Part shown: in pieces, positions 1 through 9,774 of the stretch
How positions within the stretch are numbered: the first letter of the stretch is position 1
Layout of the letters: each line of letters starts with the position of its first letter
Assembly (NCBI GenBank): GCA_963704885.1
Contig: CAVPIB010000001.1
Span: 448,001-512,000, forward strand
DNA from: an uncultured Actinomycetes bacterium
Lineage (GTDB): Bacteria > Actinomycetota > UBA4738 > HRBIN12
Direction of reading: 5' to 3'
DNA length: 64,000 nt
Notes under the pieces: model-generated
Told to the model about the DNA's origin: nothing
The model's input: the letters and a program-made list of their open reading frames with translations, nothing else
Database searches by the model: none
Program-made: the position numbers and the translations under genes

Positions 1-733
1 TGATCAGCTCCATGAAGTCACGCACGCGCTCCTCGTAGGCTCCCGGCCACTCGAACGTGCCCACGGAGGTCTCCTCGCGCCCCCCCGGTGTGCGGAGCGC
101 CTGGTTGTCGTTCTCGCCGAGCATCACCAGGACGAGGTCTGGCTCGAAGTTGTCGACGATCAGTTCTATGGCCGCCGGCCAGTCGAAGTAGTCGGGCCGG
201 GCCAGGCCGGTGGAGATCCGTCCCTGCCGCGAGACGCGAACCAGGGAGGGCTTCAGCACCCGCTCCAGGTTGATGCCGAGTCCTGCCGCGAGCGAGTCCC
301 CGACCACGACGACCCTGAGTTTGTCCTGGCCGGTCGGCTTGCGGATCGGTCCACTGACATCGGGCTCAGGATCGTCGCCGTCGCCGCCGGTCGACGTGGG
401 GATCGGCTCCGGCGGCAGGACGATCTGACCTCCCGGGGCGGCCTCGGGGTCGCGACCGAGGGCCTCCTCCACCGCGTCGGTGAGCTTGGTGATCTGCAGC
501 GCTCCGCTGATCGACGCGAACGGCCCCAACACGGCCAGCGCGGCCGACCGTCGCGCGCCCTCTGGTGAGGCCTCGGCGGCGCGCTTCAATGTGGGCGAGA
601 ACAAGAACGTCCAGAGCACCAGGCACACGAGCATCACCACGAAGACCCGGCCCGCAGGCATGGTCTGGCGAGCGGCCCGGGCAGGCCGTTCCGGTCCCTC
701 GGTCGCGGGTGCGGGTCGATCGGCGGCAGTCAT
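1..733 (-). CDS. SGNH/GDSL hydrolase-family membrane protein (DUF459-like), partial, runs off window start
   Basis: Not in ORF track. Read manually from ATG at 733: TM helix (VFVVMLVCLVLWTFLF), then LRVVVVGDSLAAGLG, STGLARPDYFDWPA and VMLGENDNQ. Directly downstream of the MBOAT gene. Confidence 0.85.
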   Translation of the reverse strand, partial: MTAADRPAPATEGPERPARAARQTMPAGRVFVVMLVCLVLWTFLFSPTLKRAAEASPEGARRSAALAVLGPFASISGALQITKLTDAVEEALGRDPEAAPGGQIVLPPEPIPTSTGGDGDDPEPDVSGPIRKPTGQDKLRVVVVGDSLAAGLGINLERVLKPSLVRVSRQGRISTGLARPDYFDWPAAIELIVDNFEPDLVLVMLGENDNQALRTPGGREETSVGTFEWPGAYEERVRDFMELI

Positions 734-737
734 GGCC

Positions 738-2165
738 TCAGAACTGGAAGTAGATGAACGGCGCCACGCCTTGTGGGCCGAGCGTCGAGATCGCGAAGAG
801 GACGAAGGCGAACATCGCGCCCATGGCGACAGGCTGCAGCGAGGCCACCCGGTCCATGATCCGATCCGCCGTATCGTGCGGCAGCTGCTGCAAGGACAAC
901 ATCAAGGCGATCGCGACGATCACGAGCGGAGTCACCAACAGGTTCCGCGCCCCCCAGCCTGTAAGGAGCCTTTCGAGCAGCGCGAACGCGGTGGAGATCG
1001 AGTCCGCCCGGAAGAAGACCCAGCCCACGCACACCAGTTGGAACGTGACGACTCGCTGTCCCCATACCCGCGCGGGAGTGTCGGGCGGCTCGGGAAGGCC
1101 GAGCTTCGTTCGCCGGGTCCGGCGCGCGGCGCCCAGCACCTGCCCGACGCCGTGGTACGCACCCCAGAGCACGAACGTCCAGGCGGCTCCGTGCCACAGG
1201 CCTCCCAAGACCATCGTGATCAGGATGTTGATGTACGTGCGTCGTTCGCCCTTCTTCGACCCTCCGAGCGGGATGTAGAGGTAGTCGCGGAGCCATCGGG
1301 AGAGCGTCATGTGCCATCGTCGCCAGAAGTCCCGTAGCGAACGCGCGCTGTACGGCCGGTCGAAGTTCAGCGGGAACCGGAAGCCGAGGAGCTTCGCCAC
1401 CCCGATCGCGATGTCGGTGTACCCGCTGAAGTCGGCGTAGATCACCACCGCGTATCCCCAGATCGCGAACAGGGTCTCGAGCGCGCTGTGCCGTGCCGGA
1501 TCGCCGAACACCGGATCCACGATCGCCGACGCCAAGAAGCTCGAGATGACGACCTTCTTGAACAAGCCGCCAAAGATGAGCCACGCTGCGCCCGCCACGT
1601 CGATGTCGCGTGGATCGCGCCGGACGTCCAGTTGCGGGATCAGCTCGTTGGGTCGCACTATCGGTCCGGCCACCAGGTGCGGGAACAACGAGAGGTAGAG
1701 GAACGTGTCGACCCAGGTGGCCGGCTCCGTCTGTCGTCTGTAGATGTCCACGATGTAGGCGACGGCCATGAACGTGAAGAAGGAGACTCCGATCGGCAGC
1801 ACCACCTGGATGAGAGGCGGCCCGGCGTGGATGCCCAGCTTCGCCAGTCCGTTCGTCACGTTCACGGCGAAGAACCCGTAGTACTTGAAGTAAGCGAGTG
1901 GCAGCAGCGTGGCCGCAACCGCCGCGGCCATCACGGCCTGCCGACGCTTCGGGTCCTGTTGGCGTGCGACCGCGAGTCCGCCCACCTGCGCCAACGCGCT
2001 CACGCCGGCGAGCAGCCACACGAAATGCCAGTCCCACCAGGCGTAGAAGACGTAGCTCGCGCCGATCATGAAGAGCTTCCACGGCAATGGGCGCGGGTTC
2101 AGGAGCCAATGGCCCAGGAAGACCAGGCAGAAGAAGATCGCGAAGTCGATCGTGGGGAAGAGCAT
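738..2165 (-). CDS. MBOAT family O-acyltransferase (AlgI/DltB/PatA-like)
   Basis: LPIGVSFFTF, LVAGPIVR, DFSGYTDIAIG, FWRRWHMTLSRWLRDYLYIPLGG and GLWHGAAWTF motifs; ends FIYFQF. Confidence 0.95.
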   Translation of the reverse strand: MLFPTIDFAIFFCLVFLGHWLLNPRPLPWKLFMIGASYVFYAWWDWHFVWLLAGVSALAQVGGLAVARQQDPKRRQAVMAAAVAATLLPLAYFKYYGFFAVNVTNGLAKLGIHAGPPLIQVVLPIGVSFFTFMAVAYIVDIYRRQTEPATWVDTFLYLSLFPHLVAGPIVRPNELIPQLDVRRDPRDIDVAGAAWLIFGGLFKKVVISSFLASAIVDPVFGDPARHSALETLFAIWGYAVVIYADFSGYTDIAIGVAKLLGFRFPLNFDRPYSARSLRDFWRRWHMTLSRWLRDYLYIPLGGSKKGERRTYINILITMVLGGLWHGAAWTFVLWGAYHGVGQVLGAARRTRRTKLGLPEPPDTPARVWGQRVVTFQLVCVGWVFFRADSISTAFALLERLLTGWGARNLLVTPLVIVAIALMLSLQQLPHDTADRIMDRVASLQPVAMGAMFAFVLFAISTLGPQGVAPFIYFQF

Positions 2166-2177
2166 GGCGGGGCAACT

Positions 2178-3407
2178 CTATGGCACGTCTCCGACTTCGC
2201 GAAGACGACGCTCCAGGAACGTCCGTTCGTGCGGGTTCATGGGCAGATCCAGCGCGCGTCGATAGGCGGCGGCGGCCTCTTCGGGCCGGTCTAGGCGTCG
2301 CAGCAGATCGGCCCGGGTCGCGTGGAACAAGTGATAGCCGCCGAGCTCCTCGCCCAGGGCGTCCACGAGCGGGAGGGCCGCCGCCGGTCCATCCGCCATT
2401 GCGATCGCCACGGTCCGGTTCAGCTCGATGATCGGTGACGGAGCCATCCGGGAGAGCGCGCCGTAGAGCGCGGAGATCTGCGGCCAGTCGGTGTCCTCGG
2501 GGCGAGGAGCCTGCGCGTGCAGGGCCGCGATAGCCGCCTGGGCCTGATAGGTCCCGGGGGATCCGAGCTCCATGGCGTCGTCGAGCACGGTGACCCCTTC
2601 GTCGATCATGTCGTGGTCCCACCGCGATCGGTCCTGGTCTTCGAGCAGCACCAGCTCGCCCACCGGATCGACGCGCGTGTCCCGACGGGAGTGCTGCAGG
2701 AGCATGAGTGCGAGCAACCCCAGCGCCTCGGGCTCTTGAGGCATCAGCTGGGTCAGCACGCGAGTGAGCCAGATCGCCTCGTCGCATAGCTCCGTACGAA
2801 GGAGCGGTCCCTCGGTGGCGGCATACCCCTCGTTGAAGATCAGATAGAGCACGGCGAGCACTCCGGGGAACCGCTCGGGGAGCAGTTCGCGGGGCGGGAC
2901 GCGATAGGGGATGGCGGCATCGCGGATCTTCCTCTTCGCCCGGACCAGGCGCTGCTGGATGGCGGGCTCGGAAAGGATGAATGCCCGAGCGATCTCGCGA
3001 GTGGATAGCCCGCCGACCGTTCGCAGCGTCAAGGCCACCCGGGCGTCCATCGGCAGCGCCGGGTGGCAGCACGTGAATATCAACCGGAGCCGGTCGTCGG
3101 GGATCTCGTGCATGTCGTCGCCCAGGGCCTCCAGGTCGCGGACGCGCTGCGCGTCCTCCTTCTTTCCTCGACCAAGCTGTTCCCGGCGGAGGCGATCGAT
3201 CGCACGGTGACGTGCGGTCGTCGTGATCCAGGCTCCGGGGTTGTCGGGAACCCCGTCCGTAGGCCATCGCTCGAGCGCGACCGCGAACGCCTCCTGCACA
3301 GCTTCTTCGGCCAGGTCGAAATCGCCGAGCACGCGGATGAGCGTCGCAACCGCCCGCCCCGATTCGTGGCGGAAGAGGCGGTCGACGACCTCGGACGCAT
3401 CGCTCAC
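2178..3407 (-). CDS. ECF sigma factor with C-terminal TPR-like extension (ECF42-type)
   Basis: [47 protein letters not shown] and DQDRSRWD motifs; translationally coupled to the upstream DGPF gene. Confidence 0.93.
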   Translation of the reverse strand: MSDASEVVDRLFRHESGRAVATLIRVLGDFDLAEEAVQEAFAVALERWPTDGVPDNPGAWITTTARHRAIDRLRREQLGRGKKEDAQRVRDLEALGDDMHEIPDDRLRLIFTCCHPALPMDARVALTLRTVGGLSTREIARAFILSEPAIQQRLVRAKRKIRDAAIPYRVPPRELLPERFPGVLAVLYLIFNEGYAATEGPLLRTELCDEAIWLTRVLTQLMPQEPEALGLLALMLLQHSRRDTRVDPVGELVLLEDQDRSRWDHDMIDEGVTVLDDAMELGSPGTYQAQAAIAALHAQAPRPEDTDWPQISALYGALSRMAPSPIIELNRTVAIAMADGPAAALPLVDALGEELGGYHLFHATRADLLRRLDRPEEAAAAYRRALDLPMNPHERTFLERRLREVGDVP

Positions 3408-3754
3408 ATGTCGAGGATCGGCCTGACCTCGACGCTCCCACCGTGGCTCGCGGCCGGGAGCCGGGTGGCGGCCTCGATCGCCTCATCCAGGTTCGCGCAC
3501 TCGACGATGTAGTAGCCGCCCAGTTGCTCCTTGGTCTCCGCGAAGGGCCCGTCGGTGGTGAGCGTCTGCCCGTCGCGCATCCGGACGGTGGTGGCCTTGT
3601 CGGTGTCCGCGAGAGGATCGCCAGCGCGCATCCAATCCTTCTCAACCAGCCAGGCGGAGTACTTCTCGTATTCCTGCATGGTCGCCGACATCTCCGTCGG
3701 GTCCATGTCGGCGAACGCCGCCTCGTCTCCGTAGATGAGCAACATGTAGCGCAT
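3404..3754 (-). CDS. YciI/DGPF-domain protein
   Basis: MRYMLLIYG start after a GAAAGGGG RBS; [16 protein letters not shown] and VEVRPI motifs. Confidence 0.93.
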   Translation of the reverse strand: MRYMLLIYGDEAAFADMDPTEMSATMQEYEKYSAWLVEKDWMRAGDPLADTDKATTVRMRDGQTLTTDGPFAETKEQLGGYYIVECANLDEAIEAATRLPAASHGGSVEVRPILDM

Positions 3755-3859
3755 GCCCGACCCCTTTCGCTCACAGCGGCCATCGGCCGCACCCAACATT
3801 ACCGACGAACGAGCACGCGCGGAATCGACATCGTGGCGGCTCAGGAGGAAGAGTCCGGG

Positions 3860-4978
3860 TCAGCCGTGGAGGTCCGCGTATCGGTCGAAGTAGGACCGGA
3901 CGGTCGGGATCAACTCGGTCACGTAGCCGCCGTTCGAGCAGCCGCGGCACCAAGCTGATGCACGGATCGCCTCCGCCGTGGCGATGTCCCGCGCACACCG
4001 GTGCAGGGCGTCCAGGATGGCCGCGTAGCCGTAGGAGGCCGCACCGCCCGTGAGCGTCTCGGCCGATGCGCGCAACCCTTGGGTCAGAGAGAGGTAGTTC
4101 TGCACGCCGACGGCGTTGAAGCTGGTGGATCTCTTCATGCGATGAGTCGTGGCGAGCGGGTTCCACCGGGCCTCCGTGAACTCGTTCGCCTGCCAAGCCA
4201 CGACCACGATCAGGTTGTCGCGGCACGCCGGGGCGCCGATGTGCCCCAGGAACCGCGCGGCCCAGTCCCCGAAGGGGAGCGCACCTGCGCGTCGGGCCAT
4301 CCGTCGCTCCAGGCGACCGACCTGGCGGGTCGCGTCGTGGCGCTCACCAACAAGCTGTTCCAGCGCGGACTGCTGTTCGGCGAACGCCCCCAACAGCTCG
4401 ACACGCCGCGACTCGATGCGCGCCAGCAGTCGCCCCCGCTCCGAGGCGTTCCACTCCAGCGTGGCGCTCGTCGCGGCCAGCTGGATCGTACGAGCCTGCA
4501 CCTCCGCGGCCAGAGAAGCGTCGGACTCCTGCAGGCTGTCCAGCATCACGGTTCGATCCATCAGGTCGGCGAACGAGTCGGCGCCGAGCAGGTACGAGGC
4601 CGAGGCACCCGGACCTAGGGCTTGGAACGCCTGGCGAGCCCGAGAGTCCAATCGAGCCTGGACCTCTGCCAGGGTCTCGCGGGCCGCAGCGAGCGCGTGT
4701 TGCGCCGCGACCAGTCGCGCCTGTACGTGGTCGAGCGAACGCCGGGCCGAGCTCATGTCCGTTGCGAGCGCGAGTATCTGAGCCTGAAGCTCTGCCGCCT
4801 GCGCACGTGCGTCGCTCACCTCGCGTTCGAGCGATGCCGACCGGTGACGCGCGGACTCGATCGGGGTTCGCGCATCCGCCGTCGACGCGGCGCCGAGCAG
4901 CGCGGTGAGCGCCAAGATGAGAGCTGCCGGTCGACGGCCGCTGGAACTGCGTCTCGTTCGCGTCGTGGCTCCCCCCAC
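3860..4978 (-). CDS. Secreted coiled-coil protein (PcsB/CwlO-like stalk) with putative C-terminal peptidoglycan-hydrolase-like domain
   Basis: Signal peptide, long heptad region with YLLGADSFADLMDR, C-terminal WQANE..WNPLATT..FNAVGVQNY domain. Confidence 0.65.
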   Translation of the reverse strand: MGGATTRTRRSSSGRRPAALILALTALLGAASTADARTPIESARHRSASLEREVSDARAQAAELQAQILALATDMSSARRSLDHVQARLVAAQHALAAARETLAEVQARLDSRARQAFQALGPGASASYLLGADSFADLMDRTVMLDSLQESDASLAAEVQARTIQLAATSATLEWNASERGRLLARIESRRVELLGAFAEQQSALEQLVGERHDATRQVGRLERRMARRAGALPFGDWAARFLGHIGAPACRDNLIVVVAWQANEFTEARWNPLATTHRMKRSTSFNAVGVQNYLSLTQGLRASAETLTGGAASYGYAAILDALHRCARDIATAEAIRASAWCRGCSNGGYVTELIPTVRSYFDRYADLHG

Positions 4979-5043
4979 ATCTCTCCTTCGGCCCGCATAC
5001 CGCCCCGCTTGACGCTTGGACGGCGCGTTAGGCTACCTGGACG

Positions 5044-6210
5044 ATGGAGGCTCCCGACCCGCTCGACTTCCTAGATATCGATCACTTGTTGTCCGCCGAA
5101 GAACGTCAGATCCGCGACCTCGTCCAGGAGTGGGTGCGCGACAAGGTCCTGCCGGGGATCGAGGGCTGGTTCGAGGCGGGTGAGTTCCCGAAAGAGGTCG
5201 CGGTCGAGCTGGGTCGGCTCGGCCTGCTCGGCATGCACCTGGAGGGCTTCGGCTGTCTGGGCGCCAACGCGGTCTCCTACGGCCTGGCGTGTCTGGAGCT
5301 CGAGGCCGGGGACTCAGGCTTCCGGTCGTTCGTCAGCGTCCAGGGCTCGCTCTGCATGTTCCCGATATGGAGGTTCGGGTCCGAAGAGCAGAAAGAGCGC
5401 TGGCTGCCGAGGATGACTTCGGGCGAGGTGATCGGGTGCTTCGGGCTGACAGAGCCGGACTTCGGCAGCGATCCCAACAACATGCGGACGAACGCCAAGC
5501 GCGACGGCGACGACTGGGTCCTCAACGGCACGAAGATGTGGATCACGAACGGCTCGATCGCCGACGTGGCGATCATCTGGGCGCAAACCGACGATGGGAT
5601 CCGAGGGTTCATCGTTGCCACGGACACGCCGGGCTTCTCGGCGAGCGACATCCACCGAAAGCTCTCCCTCCGCGCGAGCGTGACCTCGGAGTTGGTGCTG
5701 GACGAGGTCAGGTTGCCCAACGACGCGGTGCTGCCGGGGGTCACCGGCTTGAAGGGCCCGCTCTCGTGTCTCACGGAAGCGCGGTTCGGGATCGTCTGGG
5801 GAGCGATGGGCGCCGCGCGCGCATGCTTCGCATGCGCGCTCGAGTACTCGAAGAGCCGCGTCCAATGGGGCCGGCCGATCGCCGGGTTCCAGCTCACGCA
5901 GGAGAAGCTCGCGAACATGGCGACCGAGCTGAACAAAGGCACGCTCCTGGCGCTGCACCTGGGCCGCATGAAGGACGAGGGGCGTCTCCGCCCCGAGCAC
6001 GTGAGCATGGGCAAGCTCAACAACGTCCGGGAGGCTCTGGAGATCGCGCGGACCGCGCGCACCATCCTGGGCGCCTCCGGCATCACGCTCGAGTACCCGG
6101 TGATCCGCCACGCGAACAACCTAGAGTCGGTCCTCACCTACGAGGGAACCAGCGAGATCCACACGCTGATCCTGGGCCAGGCGCTCAGCGGCGAGCGCGC
6201 GTTCGATTGA
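5044..6210 (+). CDS. gcdH: Acyl-CoA dehydrogenase, glutaryl-CoA dehydrogenase-like
   Basis: GCFGLTEPDFGSDP, LNGTKMWITNG, RHANNLESVLTYEGT motifs. Confidence 0.88.
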   Translation: MEAPDPLDFLDIDHLLSAEERQIRDLVQEWVRDKVLPGIEGWFEAGEFPKEVAVELGRLGLLGMHLEGFGCLGANAVSYGLACLELEAGDSGFRSFVSVQGSLCMFPIWRFGSEEQKERWLPRMTSGEVIGCFGLTEPDFGSDPNNMRTNAKRDGDDWVLNGTKMWITNGSIADVAIIWAQTDDGIRGFIVATDTPGFSASDIHRKLSLRASVTSELVLDEVRLPNDAVLPGVTGLKGPLSCLTEARFGIVWGAMGAARACFACALEYSKSRVQWGRPIAGFQLTQEKLANMATELNKGTLLALHLGRMKDEGRLRPEHVSMGKLNNVREALEIARTARTILGASGITLEYPVIRHANNLESVLTYEGTSEIHTLILGQALSGERAFD

Positions 6211-6279
6211 GGCCGCGTTCGCGGGCACTCATGTAGCCTGTCGACGCAGTCCTTCCTAAGGAGTCCGATGGAGGTACCT

Positions 6280-6465
6280 ATGTCGCGTGATACCGATTGG
6301 ATGGTGTTCGAGAAGGCCGTCGAGGTGACCGCGTCGGCCGTGCGCGGGACAGCAGGTGGTGCCCAGGCGGCATCGTACGTGGGCGACGTGTTCCGCGAGA
6401 TCCACAAGGCGCTCAAGGAGACCACGGACGCCATGCAGCCGAAGGAGTCGAAGGCGGGCTTCTAG
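6280..6465 (+). CDS. Small hypothetical protein (61 aa)
   Basis: GGAGG RBS, GC3-rich codons, fills the gap between two genes; alternative start 6268. Confidence 0.65.
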   Translation: MSRDTDWMVFEKAVEVTASAVRGTAGGAQAASYVGDVFREIHKALKETTDAMQPKESKAGF

Positions 6466-6481
6466 CTTCGCTGCTTCGGCG

Positions 6482-6847
6482 TCAGTCGCGCGGCGTGACG
6501 TCGCGGAGCGACACGATCCCCAACACACGGCCGTCCTCCACCACCGGCACGTGACGGAACCCCCGGTCGAGCATCAGATCCAGGGCCTCGCCGGCGTTTG
6601 ACCCAGGCGTCAAGGTGAAGGGGTCGGGCGTCATCCAGTGAGAGACCAGATGGCCCGCCGCGTCGAAGTCCGAGGCCAGGGCCCGCAGGATGTCGCGCTC
6701 AGTGAAGATCCCAGCCAGTCGTTCACCATCCATGATGAGCGCGGCCCCTACCTTCCCGGTGCCCATCACGGTGGCCGCCTCGGCGACGGTGGCGCCCGGC
6801 GTCACGCTGACCAATTCGGTGCTCATGACGTCCCGGATCGTGTTCAT
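6482..6847 (-). CDS. CBS-domain pair protein
   Basis: GIFTERDIL and FRHVPVVEDGRVLGIVSLRD. Confidence 0.93.
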   Translation of the reverse strand: MNTIRDVMSTELVSVTPGATVAEAATVMGTGKVGAALIMDGERLAGIFTERDILRALASDFDAAGHLVSHWMTPDPFTLTPGSNAGEALDLMLDRGFRHVPVVEDGRVLGIVSLRDVTPRD

Positions 6848-6925
6848 GACCCCTCCCGCCGCGAGCCTAGTCGTCGCGACGCGGCCCGGGAAGCCCTACC
6901 CGGTGGGTTCCGGGCCAGCGGAGTA

Positions 6926-6955
6926 TTGACAACCCGCCACCAACCCGCGTAGGCT
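6926..6955 (+). promoter_or_regulatory. sigma70-type promoter of znuCB-zur
   Basis: TTGACA (6926-6931), 18-nt spacer, TAGGCT (6950-6955). Confidence 0.75.
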
Positions 6956-6965
6956 CGGTTCCAGT

Positions 6966-6982
6966 TATGAGAATCATTCTCG
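6966..6982. promoter_or_regulatory. Zur/Fur-family operator
   Basis: AT-rich palindrome TATGAGAAT-C-ATTCTCG just downstream of the promoter; resembles actinobacterial Zur boxes; zur is in the operon. Confidence 0.8.
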
Positions 6983-7011
6983 ACTACTCGAGACGTTCCG
7001 AGGTGAACTGA

Positions 7012-7788
7012 GTGGAGGCCGTCGATCGTCGCAACGAGTCGACCTCGACCCTGCTCGAGGCGCGGAACGTGACCTTCGCCTACGGGCGCACTGACGTTCT
7101 CCAGGACGTGAGCCTCTCGATCGGACCGGGTGAGTTCGTGGCGCTGGTGGGGCCGAACGGTTCGGGGAAGTCCACCCTCCTGCGGATCCTCCTCGGCGTG
7201 CTGGCACCACGAGCGGGGTCCGTGTCGCTCTTCGGGACCACGCCACGGCATCTCCGTGATCGATCGCGACTCGGTTACGTCCCGCAGCGGCCCTCGCTCG
7301 CGTCCGAGGTCCCGGCGACCGTCGCCGAGATCGTGTCTGCGGGACGGCTCGAGCGAGGCCGTTGGTGGCGGCGGCTGGGCGATGCCGATGGGCAAGCGGT
7401 CCAGCATGCTCTGGAATCGGTCGGCCTGGTCCCGGACGCTGAGCGGCCGCTGAACGAGCTCTCGGGCGGACAGCAGCAGCGTGTATTCATCGCACGGGCG
7501 CTGGCGAGCGAGCCGCAACTCTTGGTGCTGGACGAGCCGATCGCCGGCGTCGACGCCGAGTCCCAGCGCCGGTTCCGCGACTCCTTGGTTCATCTCATCC
7601 AGGAGCACGGCGCCGGCGTGCTCCTCGTGTCGCACGAGCTGTCGGCCGTTGCTCACGACCTGGATCGTGTGATCGTCCTGAAAGGCCGGGTGCTCTTCGA
7701 TGGACCGCCGGCCCAGCTGGCAGCCTCCGGCGTGTCCCTCGGAGTGCACGCGGAGGATCTTCCTCTATGGCTGGAAGGGCTCCGATGA
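7012..7788 (+). CDS. znuC: Zn/Mn ABC transporter ATP-binding protein
   Basis: GPNGSGKST, GYVPQR, LSGGQQQRV, LDEP motifs. Confidence 0.9.
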   Translation: MEAVDRRNESTSTLLEARNVTFAYGRTDVLQDVSLSIGPGEFVALVGPNGSGKSTLLRILLGVLAPRAGSVSLFGTTPRHLRDRSRLGYVPQRPSLASEVPATVAEIVSAGRLERGRWWRRLGDADGQAVQHALESVGLVPDAERPLNELSGGQQQRVFIARALASEPQLLVLDEPIAGVDAESQRRFRDSLVHLIQEHGAGVLLVSHELSAVAHDLDRVIVLKGRVLFDGPPAQLAASGVSLGVHAEDLPLWLEGLR

Positions 7789-8633
7789 TCGCCGCACTGC
7801 CACTTCCGTATCCGTTCGACACGACCGCGATGCAGACCGCGTTGGTCGCATGCGTCGCCGTCGGCACGGTCGCTCCCATGATCGGAACGTTCCTGGTCCA
7901 GAAGCGCCTGTCGTTGATCGGCGACGGCGTCGGACACGTTGCGTTCGCGGGCGTGGGCGCAGGGTTGCTTCTCGGCGTCTGGCCCGTCTGGACGGCGCTG
8001 GTGTTCGCGGTGATAGGGGCCGTCGGTGTCGAGTTCCTGCGGATACGCCGCAAGGCGTCCGGAGATCTGGCGCTCGCCCTCTTCTTCTATACGGGTATCG
8101 CGCTGGGCGTCGTGTTCGCCAGCCGCGCCGGCAACCTGGACTTCGAGACGCTCCCGTACCTGTTCGGGGATCCGTTCACGGTGACCCGCACCGGCCTCGC
8201 CACGCTCCTGGCCCTCGGCGTCGTCGTCATGGCCGGCGCCGGCGCCCTGCGGCGCGTCCTGTTCGCCGTCGTTACCGATGAAGACTGGTCCCGGGTGGCG
8301 GGGCTCCCAGTCGAGGGACTCAGCATCGTCCTGGCGGCGCTGACCGCGGCCGTCATCGTCGCCGGGATGCGGGTGGTAGGGATCCTCCTGGTGGCGGCGA
8401 TGACGGTCCTCCCGGTGGCTTCTGCCCAGCTGCTCGCGCGCTCGTTCCGGAACACGCTGCGACTCGCCGTGGCGATCGGAGGGATGTCATCCGTCCTCGG
8501 CCTTGCCCTCGGCCGGATCCTGCATGTCGCCCCGGGCGGTGCGATCGTCCTGGTAGCGGCGGCGTTCTTCGCGGGCGTTGCGCTGGTGAAGGGTGGAGCG
8601 CTCAAGGTGTTCGAGATCGAGGCGCACCGGTGA
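7785..8633 (+). CDS. znuB: Zn/Mn ABC transporter permease
   Basis: SLIGDGVGHVAFAG and YLFGD motifs; ATGA overlap with znuC. Confidence 0.9.
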   Translation: MIAALPLPYPFDTTAMQTALVACVAVGTVAPMIGTFLVQKRLSLIGDGVGHVAFAGVGAGLLLGVWPVWTALVFAVIGAVGVEFLRIRRKASGDLALALFFYTGIALGVVFASRAGNLDFETLPYLFGDPFTVTRTGLATLLALGVVVMAGAGALRRVLFAVVTDEDWSRVAGLPVEGLSIVLAALTAAVIVAGMRVVGILLVAAMTVLPVASAQLLARSFRNTLRLAVAIGGMSSVLGLALGRILHVAPGGAIVLVAAAFFAGVALVKGGALKVFEIEAHR

Positions 8634-9061
8634 CCGAGACCGTTCACCAGACGACCGACATCCGGCTACGGGAGGCCGGACAGCGCTACACGGATCAGCG
8701 TCGCGAGCTGGTGGAGTTGCTAGCGAACCATGGCCCGCTCTCTATCCCCGAGGTGATGAGCGGCCATCGAGGGCTGAAGCAGAGCTCTGTCTACCGCAAC
8801 CTCGCTGTGCTGGAGCACGCAGGCGTGGTGCGGCGAGTCGTCACGGACGAGGAGTTCGGACGTTACGAGCTGGCCGAGGACCTGACCGGGCATCACCACC
8901 ATCTGATCTGCTCGACTTGCGGCCGTGTCGAGGACGTGACCGTCCCTCCTACGCTTGAGGGAACTCTGGATCGCACCCTCGACCGCCTGGCGAGGCGCGC
9001 AGGCTTCGCCGACGTCGATCACCGGCTGGACCTGATCGGCACGTGTGGCACCTGCGCCTGA
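8630..9061 (+). CDS. zur: Fur-family regulator, Zur-like
   Basis: SSVYRNL, HHHHLICSTCGRV and C-terminal CGTC; in operon with znuCB. Confidence 0.85.
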   Translation: MTETVHQTTDIRLREAGQRYTDQRRELVELLANHGPLSIPEVMSGHRGLKQSSVYRNLAVLEHAGVVRRVVTDEEFGRYELAEDLTGHHHHLICSTCGRVEDVTVPPTLEGTLDRTLDRLARRAGFADVDHRLDLIGTCGTCA

Positions 9062-9066
9062 GACCG

Positions 9067-9774
9067 TTACGGGGTCAGGTACGGCCGCCGCGGCTGGGGG
9101 ATGCCGGTCACCCGGCTCGCATCGACGATGATCTGGTTTCCGAGCGGGTAGATGCGGCCCGTGACGCTCACCCAGTCGTCGGCCTGGAATCGTCCCGGTG
9201 GGACGTTCACCACCAGGACCTGTGCGCTGGTGGCATCGGCCACACAGCACGTGATCACGTAGCGGGTGAGCAGGATCTCGTCGGCCGCGGTGCCGGTCTC
9301 ACGCCAGACGAATCCCTCCAGCGCCACCTGCTCGCCGGCACGCGAGCGAAGGGCGACCATCCCCGCCTTCGACGTCTGCGCGGCAGCCACGTCGATGAAG
9401 GACAACTCTCCCGAGGCGATGTCGTCGGCCGAAACGCTCACGCCGGATCCCACGAACCCGGCGCGTCGGCCGAGCGCATAGCCGGAGAGCGTGGCGGGGG
9501 GCAGGGCCACGATCAGTGCCACGGGGATCGCGATCACGGCGAGCGTCCAGGAAGTGGTGGGAAGCAAGGGGTCCCGGTTCACGGTCCTGGCGCTGGCAAG
9601 CCGCAGCACGGCGGCGATCGTCAGCAGTGCCGCGCCGGTCGGTACGACCCAAAACGTCCTGGTCGACAGATAAAGCGACCAGCGCCCAGTGACCAGGAGG
9701 AACCAGAACAAGCCGGCCCAGGCCACCAGGACAAGTCCTGCCGCCACGCGAGATGCGTTCCATGACCGGTTCAA
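9067..9774 (-). CDS. DUF1980/YcgQ (TIGR03943-like) putative permease subunit
   Basis: TTG start overlapping the stop of the upstream permease; LTRYVITCCVADA, DDWVSVTG and PYL motifs. Confidence 0.85.
   Translation of the reverse strand: MNRSWNASRVAAGLVLVAWAGLFWFLLVTGRWSLYLSTRTFWVVPTGAALLTIAAVLRLASARTVNRDPLLPTTSWTLAVIAIPVALIVALPPATLSGYALGRRAGFVGSGVSVSADDIASGELSFIDVAAAQTSKAGMVALRSRAGEQVALEGFVWRETGTAADEILLTRYVITCCVADATSAQVLVVNVPPGRFQADDWVSVTGRIYPLGNQIIVDASRVTGIPQPRRPYLTP

Noticed and set aside
730-3792. 1020-aa minus-strand ORF and many other long overlapping ORFs (e.g. 29586-31517, 59988-61571)
   Set aside because: Arg/Pro/Gly-rich shadow frames of real genes, expected at high GC.
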